Notes: generated by a model not told the origin, from the letters alone. Positions 30,079 to 41,510 are shown, counted from the stretch's first letter. The stretch: 64,000 bases of DNA from an uncultured Actinomycetota bacterium (GCA_963829525.1 CAWHIJ010000003.1:2720001-2784000); one strand, 5' to 3'. Made by a program: numbers and translations.

Positions 30079-30723
30079 ATGATCATCAGCCGGGCAGCAG
30101 AGACTGCGACAGATCTCGAGGTGGCGACCGAGATCATGACTACCGCCTTCGCCAGTGACCCGGTCTGGGGAGGCTGGGCCTTCCCCATCGAAGACCCGGT
30201 CGCCAGAGACGAAGCACGTCGACGCTTCTGGCGGTTCAACCTCAGCAGCGCCATGCGCTATCCGTGGGTTCGACTCATCCCTGGTGCGGCCGCGCTCTGG
30301 GTGCCGCCGAACGGCTCCGAGCTCACCGAGTCCGAGGAGGCTGAGGTCGAGCCGCTGCTACGGGAACTCGTTGGCGCGCACACCGATGCCTTCCTTGAGT
30401 GCCTTGACCTCTTCGAGAACAACCACCCGCACGATGAGCCGCACTACTACCTAAGCCTTCTTGGAACGCACGACGACTACCGCGGGCAAGGGCTCGGGAT
30501 GCAGTTGCTCAGTGAGAACCTCGGACTCATCGACCGAGAGGGAATGCCCAGCTACCTCGAGTCGACCAATCCGGTGAATGTCGCCCGCTACGAGTCGGTG
30601 GGCTTTCGCCGGGTTGGTTCGTTCACGCTTCCCGCGGGCGGGCCGACGGTCGACACCATGTGGCGCGAAGCGCGGAAGCGGCCCTCAGGGGCCGACTCCT
30701 ATTCCGCGGGCGGCTCGGCGTAG
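30079..30723 (+). CDS. GNAT family N-acetyltransferase
   Basis: HYYLSLLGT..DYRGQGLG, YLESTNPVNVARYESVGF. Confidence 0.9.
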   Translation: MIISRAAETATDLEVATEIMTTAFASDPVWGGWAFPIEDPVARDEARRRFWRFNLSSAMRYPWVRLIPGAAALWVPPNGSELTESEEAEVEPLLRELVGAHTDAFLECLDLFENNHPHDEPHYYLSLLGTHDDYRGQGLGMQLLSENLGLIDREGMPSYLESTNPVNVARYESVGFRRVGSFTLPAGGPTVDTMWREARKRPSGADSYSAGGSA

Positions 30724-33590
30724 AAGGCTCGGCGCACCGGCTTCACCGGACGCATCAGGAACTCTGGACGACGCATCCCCGACGCGCTAGGACCCGGGCG
30801 GGTCTTCGCCAACCACTCATGGAACACCTCGGAGGACCTACTGGTGTCGACGACGACGTCCCCATACTGATCGTCGGCGTGCGCCTTCTCCACAGCGGAC
30901 CTTCTGGTGCCAGCAGTGCATTCCGGACCATGGGTCTGGGTGCACGCCAAAGGCCAGATTCTGGTGGACGCCTGGATCGTCCCAGTTGATCCGCGAGGAG
31001 TCAGGGTCGTCACTCTCGAACGGCTTCACGTAGTCCTTGTAGCGCAACCGCCACCTGCCGTCCGGCATCTTGCCGACGTCGACCAAACCCATGACCCAGC
31101 GGCTACCGGCGTTCTCGGTGTTGCGCCAGCGGCCCATGTGGTGAGAGAGCCCGATGACGCCGGGGCGGATTGCCTCCGTCGACCAGACCCGGGCCACGAA
31201 ATGCCCGATCTCGGTGTTGATCCGCGCCAAGTCGCCGGTGGCGAAACCAAGCCGCTGAGCATCCTTGGTGTTCATCCATAGTGGGTGGGTATTGGAGATC
31301 TCGTTGAGGTACTTGGCGTTTCCGGATCGGGTATGGATCATCGTCGGCAACCGGAACGTCGGCATCAGCACCAGCTCACCGGCCGATGTGTCCAACTCCT
31401 TGTGCGCCACATGCGAGGCGATGTACCCAGGAGTTGCATACTCCGGCCAGCCGAAGTCGACCATCGTTGGCGAGAAGAGCTCAAGGCGCCGCGACGGCGT
31501 GAGCCATCCAGCCACCTGCGAGCCGTCAGCCAGTTCGACACCGACCGCTCCGGCCTCACCGACCAATGGCGGTGTGGAGTCGAGCGTCGTCGGCTTTCGC
31601 AGAACCCCCTGCTCGTCAGCTGTGGATCCATCGAGCTCCGCTGGGGTCAGGGTCCGCTCGTCGAGCCGATACATATCGTGCCCGATCTCGTAGACGCCGT
31701 AGCGCCTCATGTACTCCAGCGGGGTCATGCCGTGCGACTTCGCCTTCTCCGGCAACCCTGGCACCTGGTGGTCGAAGACCCAGCCGTAGTAGTCGTCGAC
31801 CGTCACCTTCTCACCCGGCCTGTCGGGCGCCTCGAAGTACTTGCGGATGCCGAGCGAACCATCCGGGTCGATCCGCCACGACAGCTCGAACCAGAACTCG
31901 TTCTCCTCCCACACCTCGCCGGGGTTGGCGTCTCGTGTGTCGCTGACTGACTGTCCCAGCCGTCCATTGCGACCCGCCGAACCGGCTGCCGGAATCCCAG
32001 CCACTTGCCGCCGTACTGCTCGTACGACTGCGTGTCGTGCCTCTCGGGGCCATGGCCCATCGGGAGTACGTAGTCGGCGAACATTGCCGTCTCCGACCAC
32101 GTGGGCGTCAGGGCTACGTGCAGCCCGACCAGACTCTCGTCGGTCAGCGCCTCGATCCAGCTGAAGCCATCGGGGTTTGTCCAGATCGGGTTGTAGACGC
32201 GGGAGAAGTAGGTATCGACCTTGCCTCGTCCCTCTTTGAGCAGGTGGGGTAGCAGGATCGACATCTCGTTGGTCGAGAGCGGATACTCCGCCGGCCACAG
32301 CTTCTCGTTCCACTGGTCGTGCCCGCTCGGCATGTTCGGGCCATGCGGGATGAACTTGTTCCAACCATTGGGGCTGGTGCCACCAACGGTGCCGACGCTG
32401 CCGGTCAGCACCGTGAGGAAGAAGAGCGCACGCGCCACCATCCAGCCGCCGAGGTTGCCGGCCGTCGCCGCCCGCCACACATGCGCGGCCAGTCGCCCTT
32501 CAGCACCTGCGACGAGCTTGGCTAGCTCCTCCACCTGCTCGGCAGGGATCTGCGCCTCCTGGGCGGCGTACTCGAAGGTGTACTGGCGGTACTCATCGGT
32601 CAGGGCAGCCTTGAACGCGTCGAAGTCGCCGGGGTCGGCATCAGGCTGCAGCTCACGAAGGTAGACGTCCCAGTTGACCCAGCGACGCACGTAGTCCCAC
32701 GCCACCTGGTCGGTGCGCAGCAGGTAGGACGCAATGGCCAGCAGGATCGCCGCCTCGCTGCCCGGCCACGGGCTCATCCAAAGATCGGCGTGCGACGCGG
32801 TGTTCGAAAGCCGCGGGTCGAGGACGACGAGCTTGGCATTGCCCTTGACCTTGCCCTTCCATGATGCGCTGCGCATGGGGGTTGAAGTAGTGGCCGGCCT
32901 CGAGATGGCTGGAGATCAGCAGGATGACCCTGGCGTTGGCGTAGTCCGGCGACGGTCGGTCGTATCCGCCCCAGAGGGTGTAGCCCAAGCCGTGCGCCCG
33001 CAGAGCAGATGTTGGTGTGGCTGTTGTGCCCGTCGACTCCCCAGGCCAGCAGCACCCGTTCGGCGAAGCCGTCCTCGCCCGGGCGACCGACGTGGTAGAT
33101 CACCTCGTCGCGGCGGTCCTCGGTCGATCGCCGTTGCGGATCCGCCCAGCGATGTCGTCGAGCGCCTCGTCCCACATCACCGGCTCGAACTGGCCGCTGC
33201 CCCGCTCGCCGACGCGACGGAGCGGGGTGAGGATGCGCTCGGGGTCGTTGACCTGGTTGACGGTGGCCGGTCCCTTGGCGCAGTTGCGACCCCGGGAACC
33301 CGGGTGCGCCGGGATTTCCCTCAAGCTTCTTGATCGTGAGGTCGTCCCGGTCGACGTACGCCAAGCAGCCCGCAGGCCGACTCGCAGTTGAAGCAGGTCG
33401 TCGGCACGAGCATGTAGTGCTTCTCGACCTTGCGCGGGTGCGCCTTCGCATCGTTGAGCACGACGTCGTCCCACGTGTCTCGACCGGCGGGAAGTTGGAA
33501 ACGGTCTCGCGGAGTGCGCAAGCCGAACGCCTCCGGGGCATCTGGGCCAACGGGCGAGGCTGCCGGGCGGGACTCTGGGTGCGTGGTCAT
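30699..33590 (-). CDS. Molybdopterin-dependent oxidoreductase catalytic subunit (DMSO reductase family), split by at least 7 frame changes
   Basis: TTCFNCESACG + RNCAKG 4Fe-4S motif, DPERILTPLRRVGERG, NSHTNICS, DPRLSNTASHAD, SETAMFADYVLP, IHTRSGN distributed over successive ORFs. Confidence 0.85.
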
Positions 33591-33598
33591 CACAGCTC

Positions 33599-35120
33599 CT
33601 AGGACAGCGGGACGTCTTGCGCGGCTTTGACGAACACGGACTCGTACGGCAAGCAGTGGCACCTGAACAAGCAGCCCGACGGCCACGCCGAGCCACACCG
33701 AGGCGCCCATGCGCCAGCGCGAGGCCGCCCGCAAGGACCACGAGCGACAGCAGCACTGAACCGAACCAGAACGTCTTGGCGTACCTGCCGCGCACGATGA
33801 TGTGAGCGGCTACCTCGGCATTGCGGGTGGAGTGCGTGCCGCCCAGCTCGACGAGGAGCATCAGCAGGTGAGCTGCCGTCGCGACGGTGAAGGTCACCCC
33901 GATCGCGGCGACCGTGCTCGGGGACGTGTCCAGGAAGGGTGCAACCACCAGCAGGGCCCCGCCTCCGGCCATCAGGGCCTGTGCTTGGAGGTGCCAGAAC
34001 AGCACGGGTGACTGCCAGAGGTCACGACCCTCAGCCTGGCCGAACAGGAACGCGGTGTATCCGGCTGTCATGACAGCGGCGGGGATGGCCGGCCAGGCCA
34101 TCGCTTCGACCAAGCCGTCCGCACCGAACACTCCGCCGAGGAACCAGATCCCGACGACAGCGGCGAAGACGCCCAGGATCACCCCGCCCCAGACCAGCCA
34201 CGAACTGAGGTTGGGCTTGGTGAGCAGGTAGTAGAAACGCTCAGGCCTCTTGAGGTCGGAGATCAGCAACACGGCCGTGACTGCCGCGAATACCGCGCCG
34301 ACAAGTGGCGCAGCAATCCCGGTAAGCGTCGTCGGGGACTGGTCGACCACCAGCAGGAAGGCGGCGATCATGACAGCGCCTGCCGCTATCGACTTGGTCC
34401 ACAGGTACGACCACACCTTCCAGCCCCACGGCCGCGGGTGCGCGGTGTTGAGCGTGGTGCGCGCGTTCGTCTTCGGATTGACCGCGAAAGTCGCCCCTGT
34501 TCTCAGCGCGCTGTGCGTCGGGCTGCGCCCAGATGTACGTGTCGTCCACCGGGGCCGCGAGCGGGGTCGAGCACTGCCTCACTTGCGCCGACGTAGAAGA
34601 CGTTGGGACCTGTCTTCTGCTCGGGAGTGCGGGTCTGCACAGGGGTGATGCTCAGGAACTTGCGAATACCACTGTCGGGGTCATCGAGGTCGCCCATCCA
34701 GATCGACTCGGTGGGGCATACGACCACGCATGCCGGCTCCAGACCTTGGTCGATCCGGTGGGCGCAGAAGTTGCACTTTGCCGCCGTGTGGGTGTCCTCA
34801 TCGATGTACAGGGCGTCGTAAGGGCAAGCTTGCATGCAACTCTTACAGCCGATGCAACGGTCGCCGTCGAAATCGACGATGCCATCTTCGCGCTTGAACA
34901 ACGCCCCCGTGGGGCAGATGGAGACGCAAGGTGCATCTGTGCAGTGGTTGCAGCGCATGACACCGAACTCGCGCGTTGTCGATGGATACTCGCCCTTGTC
35001 GACGTACTTCACCCAGGTGCGGAACTGCCCAACCGGAACCTCGTGCTCGGTCTTACACGCCACCGTGCACGCGTGACAACCGATGCAGGTGCGCTGATCG
35101 ATGGCGAAGCCGTACTGCAC
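33599..35120 (-). CDS. 4Fe-4S dicluster protein fused to NrfD/PsrC-type membrane anchor (frameshifted)
   Basis: CIGCHACTVAC, CNHC..APCV..CP, CIGCKSCMQACPY, KCNFC; then WGWKVWSYLWTKSIAAG, DLKRPERF, SWLVWG, YTAFLF; ends FVKAAQDVPLS*. Confidence 0.85.
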
Positions 35121-35122
35121 TA

Positions 35123-35362
35123 TCAGTCACTTCTTCCGGATGGTGTAGCGTGATAGACCGGACCTTCGGTCTCACTCTCCACCAACTCGTGCCCCATATC
35201 CCTGGTCCATGACGGGATGTCGCTCTTCGACCCGGCGTCGGTCGACTCGACCAGCATCAACTGCCCGACTCGACCTCGTCGATCCCCTTTCGTGCGAGCA
35301 GAACCGGCATGGGGCACGACAGGCCCTTTGGCGTCAACGACCTTGCTGATCTCGTCGGCCAT
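35123..35362 (-). CDS. tusA: TusA/SirA family sulfur carrier (frameshifted)
   Basis: VVDAKG..(S)CPMPVL, STDAGSKSDIPSW..GHEL. Confidence 0.75.
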   Translation of the reverse strand: MADEISKVVDAKGPVVPHAGSARTKGDRRGRVGQLMLVESTDAGSKSDIPSWTRDMGHELVESETEGPVYHATPSGRSD

Positions 35363-35387
35363 GTCTCCTCCAGTGCTGCGTCGAGCA

Positions 35388-35880
35388 TCAGATGAAGAGC
35401 TGGATCTTGGACCGGGACATCTCGCTGAGGGCGGTGGCTGCTCCCGCTGGTTCACCCAGACCGGGCCGGAGCTGGTCAGGGCGAAGTGCCCAACAGGTCC
35501 ATCGTCATCTGGCAGGGCCAAATCTTGACGCCCATGTCGAGGCACATATCGAACAGATCCTCCGGCGGCATGACGTTGTGCTGACCCGCCAGCTTGCGCA
35601 TCATCCACTTGCCGGCACCACCCATGTTGAGTTTCGACAACTTTGCACGCCGGAAGCCGGGCGGATTCATCCCGGACAGCATCTTGGTCATCGCGTTGTC
35701 TCCGGTGAGCCGCACGTCGTCTCGCACCAGGGGGAAGAGTCCCCAGAAGGTGTGGAAGACGGTCACGTCCATGCCGTACGCCGCACCGGTCGAGCTCAAG
35801 ATCATCGTCGGCCACAGCTTGTCGAGGTCACCGCTGAAAGCGATGATCGTCATCTTGTCGGGAGTCTTGTCCTCTGACAT
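35388..35880 (-). CDS. DsrE/DsrF/DrsH-like (DsrE2-type) sulfurtransferase (frameshift near 35485)
   Basis: TIIAFSGDLDK, VFHTFWGL, LSKLNMGGAG, CQMTMDLLG; C-terminus GAATALSEMS..QLFI in a shifted frame. Confidence 0.85.
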
Positions 35881-36057
35881 CAGCAGCGCCTCCTGGTCTC
35901 AGGCGCCCTGCCCGACGCCGACAGCGTCACCGTACTTGCGTAGATGCGCATGTAGCAAGGACTTCGAGCAAGCTCTGATCCGTAAGTTCTTCCACAATCA
36001 GTGACTCTGTATTAGCGTCTGCGCAAGTAGAGAGGTTCTGGCTCTTGGGAGGTCCCC

Positions 36058-37188
36058 GTGGTCCGTACCGTGACCCCGACCGAGCTCTTCGCTGAGATCG
36101 AGCACGGTCACGTCCCGTTCATGCTCGACGTGCGCAACCCCGACGAGTTCGCCAACTGGCAAGTGGAGGGCGCCCGTCCGGTCGAGACCGAGAACTTGCC
36201 GGTGTGGCGAGCTCTTGATGCCGTCGACGAGCTGGCGCAGACGCTGCCGGACAACAGCGTGCTCATCTGCGCGCACGGAAACGGCAGCGAGCTCATCGTC
36301 GACATGCTGGCCGAACGAGGCAAGCCAACGCGAAACCTGGAGGGCGGGACAGCGGCGTGGGCCTCGCTGCTCGTCCCAAGACCCATGCCCGGCCTGCCGG
36401 AGGGGCTGGTCGGCTGGCAGATCCAGCGCCCGGCGAAAGCCTGCCTCTCTTACCTGATCGGCGTTCCTGGTCATGGCTGCGTCGTGGTCGACCCAGCACG
36501 ATTCCCTGATCCTTACGTCGGTCTGGCGACCGAGCACGGCATGACCATCAATTACGTCGTCGACACCCATGTGCACGCCGACCACATCACCGGCGGCCCT
36601 GCTCTGGCCGATGCAGTCGGAGCCAGCTACTCGGTTCCGCTGGAGGACACCGGCGGCTCCACACCCTTCCCGAACCATCCGCTCCAGGACGGACAGACCC
36701 TCGATCTCGGTTCGGTGCAGCTCGAGGTGCTGGGGATCAAGCTCCCGGGGCATACTCCCGGCACCACCTGCGTGCTGGTCCCCGGTCACGCCCTGCTGTC
36801 GGGTGACACGATCTTCGTTCGGGGTGTTGGACGCCCCGACCTCACCGGCCAGGCCGAGGATCTCGCTCGCGAGCTGTTCCACACCGTCCACGAGAAACTG
36901 CGTCCACTCAACCCCGAGACACAGGTCTTCCCAGCACACTGGTCGAGCAGCGACGAGATGGGAGCTGATGGGCTGGTGCGGACGACGATGGAGGAGGTCT
37001 TCGAATCAACGCTGATGAATGAGGCAGACCTGGTCCAGTTCGTCAGCGAGATCGTCGGGTCGCTGCCGTCGGCGCCGTCCTTCTACGACACCATCCGCGA
37101 GGTCAACGCCGGAAGGGCGGTGTCCGCCGAGGAGATCGAGGTCCTGGAGATCGGCAAGAACCAGTGCGCTGCATCCACGACGCTCTGA
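36058..37188 (+). CDS. Rhodanese-MBL fusion (persulfide dioxygenase-like)
   Basis: LDVRNPDEF..CAHGNGS rhodanese; DTHVHADHITG, PGHTPG, GDTIF..VGRPDL, PAH. Confidence 0.9.
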   Translation: MVRTVTPTELFAEIEHGHVPFMLDVRNPDEFANWQVEGARPVETENLPVWRALDAVDELAQTLPDNSVLICAHGNGSELIVDMLAERGKPTRNLEGGTAAWASLLVPRPMPGLPEGLVGWQIQRPAKACLSYLIGVPGHGCVVVDPARFPDPYVGLATEHGMTINYVVDTHVHADHITGGPALADAVGASYSVPLEDTGGSTPFPNHPLQDGQTLDLGSVQLEVLGIKLPGHTPGTTCVLVPGHALLSGDTIFVRGVGRPDLTGQAEDLARELFHTVHEKLRPLNPETQVFPAHWSSSDEMGADGLVRTTMEEVFESTLMNEADLVQFVSEIVGSLPSAPSFYDTIREVNAGRAVSAEEIEVLEIGKNQCAASTTL

Positions 37189-37192
37189 TCCA

Positions 37193-38758
37193 CTACGCCT
37201 GTCGTTGGGCCTCATCGCCGTCGGAAAATTGCGCCTTGCACTCCTCGGCGAGGTCGTCCAGCAGCACCCGGCCAACAATCCGTCGCAACTGCGGTGGCAC
37301 GTTGCAAACTTCGGCGACGATTCCAGCCTCCCGCACTTCCTCCAAGAGGGTGCGCAGCGCCATCGCCCCGGTCACGTCGAGGCGCCCCAGACCGTCGAGG
37401 TCAACCCTCAGTCGCTCGGTTCCGGGGTGTTCGGCAAGCAGGTTGTTGACGGCATCCTCCATGCCGGGAGCAGACGCGAAGTAGAGAACCCCGGACGGGC
37501 GTACATGCAGGACACCGTCCTCGAAGTCGGCCGGCACCTGGATGTGCAGCTCACGCCATAGGTGAACGAGCGCGGCCACCCCTACGCCCAAGACGACGGC
37601 GAGGTCCAGTCGGGGGGCCAGGACAAGCGCACCCACGTACGTGATCGCGGCAGTCGCAAACTGGACTCTGCCCAGTTTCCAGAACCCAAGTACCGGACGC
37701 GGGTTCACCAACCTCAGCACCGAGGCAATGACGATGCCGGCAAGCACAGACTTCGGAAGCGACTCCAAGAGCGCGGCGAACGGGAGGAACGCCAAGACCA
37801 GCAAGCCGGCCACCAGGCTGCTCCAGCGAGTCCTGGCCCCGGCGAGCCGGTTCAAAGTGCTCCGAGAGAACGAACCTCCCACGGGGTAGCCGCCGGCGAG
37901 CCCGGAAGCCAGGTTGGCGACGCCCTGCGAGATCAGCTCGCGGTCCGAGCTCCAGTACTGCCGGTCCTCGGCCGCGAGCCTGCGGCAGATGGCGGCCGGC
38001 TCGGCGAACCCAACGAGTGCGATCACCAGGGCGGGGATGATGAGCCTGAGTGAGTCAGACCACGGAAGGTCGATGGGGTTCGGGATGCCCTCGATGCTCA
38101 CCGCACCGACGACAGGACCACCCGCACCAGTTGTCGAGGCCACGATGACTGCCCCGACGACCAGCATCGGAACGATGGGAAAGGTCGCAGGCAGCCTGCG
38201 CACAAGAAGCATCGCGGCGATCGTGACCACAGAAAAGGCAACAGCGCTCAGATCCCAGACGCTCGGGTCGGTCAGAGCATCGAAAGCAGCGCGCCCTGGC
38301 CTAGCGCTGTCGGATGGTACCCCAACAGCCGCAGGAACCTGCGACAACAGGATCAATAGAGCGGCGGCGGCGGTAAAGGCCGCCAGCACCGGCTGCGACA
38401 TGAGGTAAGCGAGAACCCCACCGCCGTAGAGCCCGAGGACGAGACGCACGAGACCCACGAACAGCGCCAGCAGAGCGGCCAGCGCGACGTACTGGGCGCT
38501 GCCCTCCCCCGCAAGCCCGCTCAAACCACCCAGCACCAGCAGTGAGGTGATCGCAACAGGCCCGGTAGCCAGATACGGCGACGAGGCAAAGAAGGACGCC
38601 GCGATGGGTGCGGCGAAAGCAGCGAGCAAGCCGGTGGCAGGCGGGAGTCCTGCGAGCGAGGCATAGGCCACCGCCTGCGGGATCAGTACGACAGAGACGC
38701 TGATTCCCGCGACCAGGTCACCGACGACCGGACGCGTTGGTACCTCGCGGCGTGCCAT
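37193..38758 (-). CDS. SulP family anion transporter with STAS domain
   Basis: DLVAGISV..IPQAVAYA.LAGLP, ELISQGVAN..GGYPVGGSFSRS, LYFASA..DVTG. Confidence 0.92.
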   Translation of the reverse strand: MARREVPTRPVVGDLVAGISVSVVLIPQAVAYASLAGLPPATGLLAAFAAPIAASFFASSPYLATGPVAITSLLVLGGLSGLAGEGSAQYVALAALLALFVGLVRLVLGLYGGGVLAYLMSQPVLAAFTAAAALLILLSQVPAAVGVPSDSARPGRAAFDALTDPSVWDLSAVAFSVVTIAAMLLVRRLPATFPIVPMLVVGAVIVASTTGAGGPVVGAVSIEGIPNPIDLPWSDSLRLIIPALVIALVGFAEPAAICRRLAAEDRQYWSSDRELISQGVANLASGLAGGYPVGGSFSRSTLNRLAGARTRWSSLVAGLLVLAFLPFAALLESLPKSVLAGIVIASVLRLVNPRPVLGFWKLGRVQFATAAITYVGALVLAPRLDLAVVLGVGVAALVHLWRELHIQVPADFEDGVLHVRPSGVLYFASAPGMEDAVNNLLAEHPGTERLRVDLDGLGRLDVTGAMALRTLLEEVREAGIVAEVCNVPPQLRRIVGRVLLDDLAEECKAQFSDGDEAQRQA

Positions 38759-38862
38759 CCCTGACCCTCCTCACGTCACTCCTACCGTACGCAGACATGC
38801 GCAGATACTGAAGAATGCTTGTTGATCATTACACTGATGAGCACCATCACCAGGGAGGGCCT

Positions 38863-39222
38863 ATGGATCGGGAGACCGAGCGCGAGATCCATGAGCTTCA
38901 TGCACGGATCTGTAAGGCCATCGCTGACCCCAAGAGGCTGCTGATCATCAACGAACTCCGGAACGGTCCACTGACCGTTGGTGAGCTCTCCGATGCCCTG
39001 GAGATCAGCCAGTCAAACTGCAGCCAGCACCTGGCCATCCTGCGCGATCGTGGCGTTGTGATGTCCGAACGCAACGGGACGAGCGTCAGCTACGCGCTCC
39101 GCAGCGAGAAGGTGCTTCGGGCCGTCGACCTGCTGCGAGAGTTTATGGCCGAGGACCTCGGCACGCGTAGTCGGCTTGGCAAGGCCGCGACCAAGATCCC
39201 CCGAGGGACTAGTCGCCGCTGA
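38863..39222 (+). CDS. ArsR/SmtB family regulator
   Basis: GGGAGG RBS; CKAIADPKRLLII, SQSNCSQHLAILRDRGVV. Confidence 0.9.
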   Translation: MDRETEREIHELHARICKAIADPKRLLIINELRNGPLTVGELSDALEISQSNCSQHLAILRDRGVVMSERNGTSVSYALRSEKVLRAVDLLREFMAEDLGTRSRLGKAATKIPRGTSRR

Positions 39223-40348
39223 CCATCGGTCCGCGCACCGCCAGATACCGCTCGGCAAATCGCGCCAACAGAGCGTCCTGGGGCGGGTAGACGCCCTGGA
39301 TGAACCCGGGAGAAGACACCCCTCGCTGCGCGCGTTCACACACCGCCCAGTCTTGTCTGCTCACCAGGTCGAGGAACTCGACCATGTCGGAGCAGTCGAA
39401 TCCCGGGGCCTCGATCGTCTCAGGCCGGAAGAGATACTCCGAGACGATCGTCGTGTGCCCGGGCCCCCGAGGGAACATCGTGTAGACCATCGCACCCGTC
39501 GAGAGCAGGTTCATAGCCACGTTGGGGAACACCGAGTAGCCCCAGTAGGTACGGCAGTCAAGTTCGGTGAGGTCAGGCAGCTGGGGCAGTGATGACGTAC
39601 CACTGAGCGTGAAAGTCGTCAGACCATCGTCCAACGTCGCGCCGAGGTCAGGACGGTCGGGCTCGAACACCATTCCTTTGCGGTACATCGGTACCAGGTT
39701 TGCCAGCTCGGGATGGACCCCCGGACAGTGCAGGCACTCGTTGAAGTTGTCGTGGATGATCTTCCAGTTCGCCGCCACCTCGTAGACGATCTTGTGCCCC
39801 GTTAGCAGCTCGCCGACCTTGTAGCGCTCGTAGTCGAGTGGCCCATCCGGCTCGTCTGCCAACTGGTCGCGAAGCGGCTGGGGCTCCGTTCCTGGATGCA
39901 CGAAGACGAAGCCCTCCCACGTGTCACATGCCATTGAACGCAAGGGGTACTGCGTGCGGTCGAAGTCGTCGCCCGCACGGACATTGGGCGTACCGATGAG
40001 CTTCCCTTCCAAGTCATACACCCAGTTGTGGTACGGGCAGCTGAATGCGCCTTTGGTGCTGCCAGCTCCTTCATCGCAGAGGACCGAACCGCGGTGCCGA
40101 CACACGTTGTAGAACGCGCGGATGACCCCGTCCTTACCATGAGCGACAAGAACGCCAGTTCCGGCAACGTCGCGGGCGAGGTAGTCGCCGGGGTCGGGCA
40201 TCTCCTCGATCCGACCGACGCAGAACCAACTCCTCTGGAAGACCGTCTCGCGCTCGAACTGCCATACGGACTCGTCGTAGTAGTCCCGACCCGGCAGTCC
40301 AGGAAAGGTGCGGTCGATGGCGACTCCGGCGATCGTCTCGTCAAGCAT
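39209..40348 (-). CDS. Rieske non-heme iron oxygenase alpha subunit
   Basis: NVCRHRG, CPYHNW, ANWKIIHDNFNECLHCPGVHP, QDWAVCE. Confidence 0.93.
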   Translation of the reverse strand: MLDETIAGVAIDRTFPGLPGRDYYDESVWQFERETVFQRSWFCVGRIEEMPDPGDYLARDVAGTGVLVAHGKDGVIRAFYNVCRHRGSVLCDEGAGSTKGAFSCPYHNWVYDLEGKLIGTPNVRAGDDFDRTQYPLRSMACDTWEGFVFVHPGTEPQPLRDQLADEPDGPLDYERYKVGELLTGHKIVYEVAANWKIIHDNFNECLHCPGVHPELANLVPMYRKGMVFEPDRPDLGATLDDGLTTFTLSGTSSLPQLPDLTELDCRTYWGYSVFPNVAMNLLSTGAMVYTMFPRGPGHTTIVSEYLFRPETIEAPGFDCSDMVEFLDLVSRQDWAVCERAQRGVSSPGFIQGVYPPQDALLARFAERYLAVRGPMVSGD

Positions 40349-40412
40349 CGGAGGACCTACCCTTCTTGTGAGTACGCGCGGGGCGTAGGAGACGAACCAG
40401 TAAACGATGAAA

Positions 40413-41405
40413 TCAACGGTCGATGCTGTCTATCTGCAGCAGTACCTTCCCAATATTGTCACCACGTTCGAGGACGCGATGAGCCTCCGCAACGTCCGTC
40501 CACGGCAGGACGCGATCGATGACCGGGAAAACAGTGCCGGCCTCAACGGAGGGCCACACATGCTCGAGGACCTGCGTCACGATGGCACCTTTCTCCTCTG
40601 GAGAGCGTGCTCGCAATGTAGAACCGTGGATGGAGGCACGCCTGGCCAGTAGCCGCCCCATGTCGAGCTCACCCTTCGTCCCCCCCTGGAGACCGATCAT
40701 CACAAGTCGCCCACCGAACGCCAGCGACCGGGTGTTCGCCTCCAGGTACTTCGCTCCGATGACATCGAGGATCACGTCTGCCCCACGCCCATCAGTGACC
40801 TCTTGCAGCACCGCGGCCCAGTCCTGATCGCGGTAATTGATCGCCACGTCGACACCCAACTCGGCACAGGCGTCAATCTTTCGCTGTGAGCCGCACGTCA
40901 CGATCGAACGAGCTCCGATCATCGCCGCCAACTGGATCGCCATGGTGCCGATGCCCGATCCACCGCCGTGGACGAGCAGTGTTTCACCCCGGCTCAGCCC
41001 AGCGATCATCACCAGGTTGGACCAGACCGTGCACACAACCTCGGGAAGTGCAGCGGCTTCGAGCAGTGAGACTGACGCAGGAACTGGCATGACCTGGACC
41101 TTTGGAACGGCCACGCGCTGCGCGTACCCCCCACCGGCAAGCAGGGCAGCAACCTCATCACCCACTCGCCACCGGTCGACATTGACGCCGAGGGCAGAGA
41201 TGACCCCTGAGCACTCCAACCCGAGATAGGGCGCGGCGCCCGGAGTCGGCGGGTATCGGCCCTCACGCTGCAGGAGGTCCGCACGGTTGACGCCGGCGGC
41301 CACGACGTCGATGACGACCTCGTCGGGGCCGGGATCGGGATCGGCGACCTTCGTAAGCTCCAGGACTTCGGGCCCACCAGGCTTCGAGCTCGTGATTGCC
41401 AGCAC
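40413..41405 (-). CDS. NAD(P)H-quinone oxidoreductase (PIG3/zeta-crystallin family)
   Basis: AAGVNRADLLQREGRYP, LGLECSG, LVHGGGSGIG. Confidence 0.93.
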   Translation of the reverse strand: MLAITSSKPGGPEVLELTKVADPDPGPDEVVIDVVAAGVNRADLLQREGRYPPTPGAAPYLGLECSGVISALGVNVDRWRVGDEVAALLAGGGYAQRVAVPKVQVMPVPASVSLLEAAALPEVVCTVWSNLVMIAGLSRGETLLVHGGGSGIGTMAIQLAAMIGARSIVTCGSQRKIDACAELGVDVAINYRDQDWAAVLQEVTDGRGADVILDVIGAKYLEANTRSLAFGGRLVMIGLQGGTKGELDMGRLLARRASIHGSTLRARSPEEKGAIVTQVLEHVWPSVEAGTVFPVIDRVLPWTDVAEAHRVLERGDNIGKVLLQIDSIDR

Positions 41406-41510
41406 TCCACGACCCTAGACGGATCGCCTTCACTGGAAAAGATCAGTGACCAACTCAGCCCTCCGTCGCTAGGGTGGCGCAGAGTTCCCCCACACCTTCG
41501 GAGTTCACCC

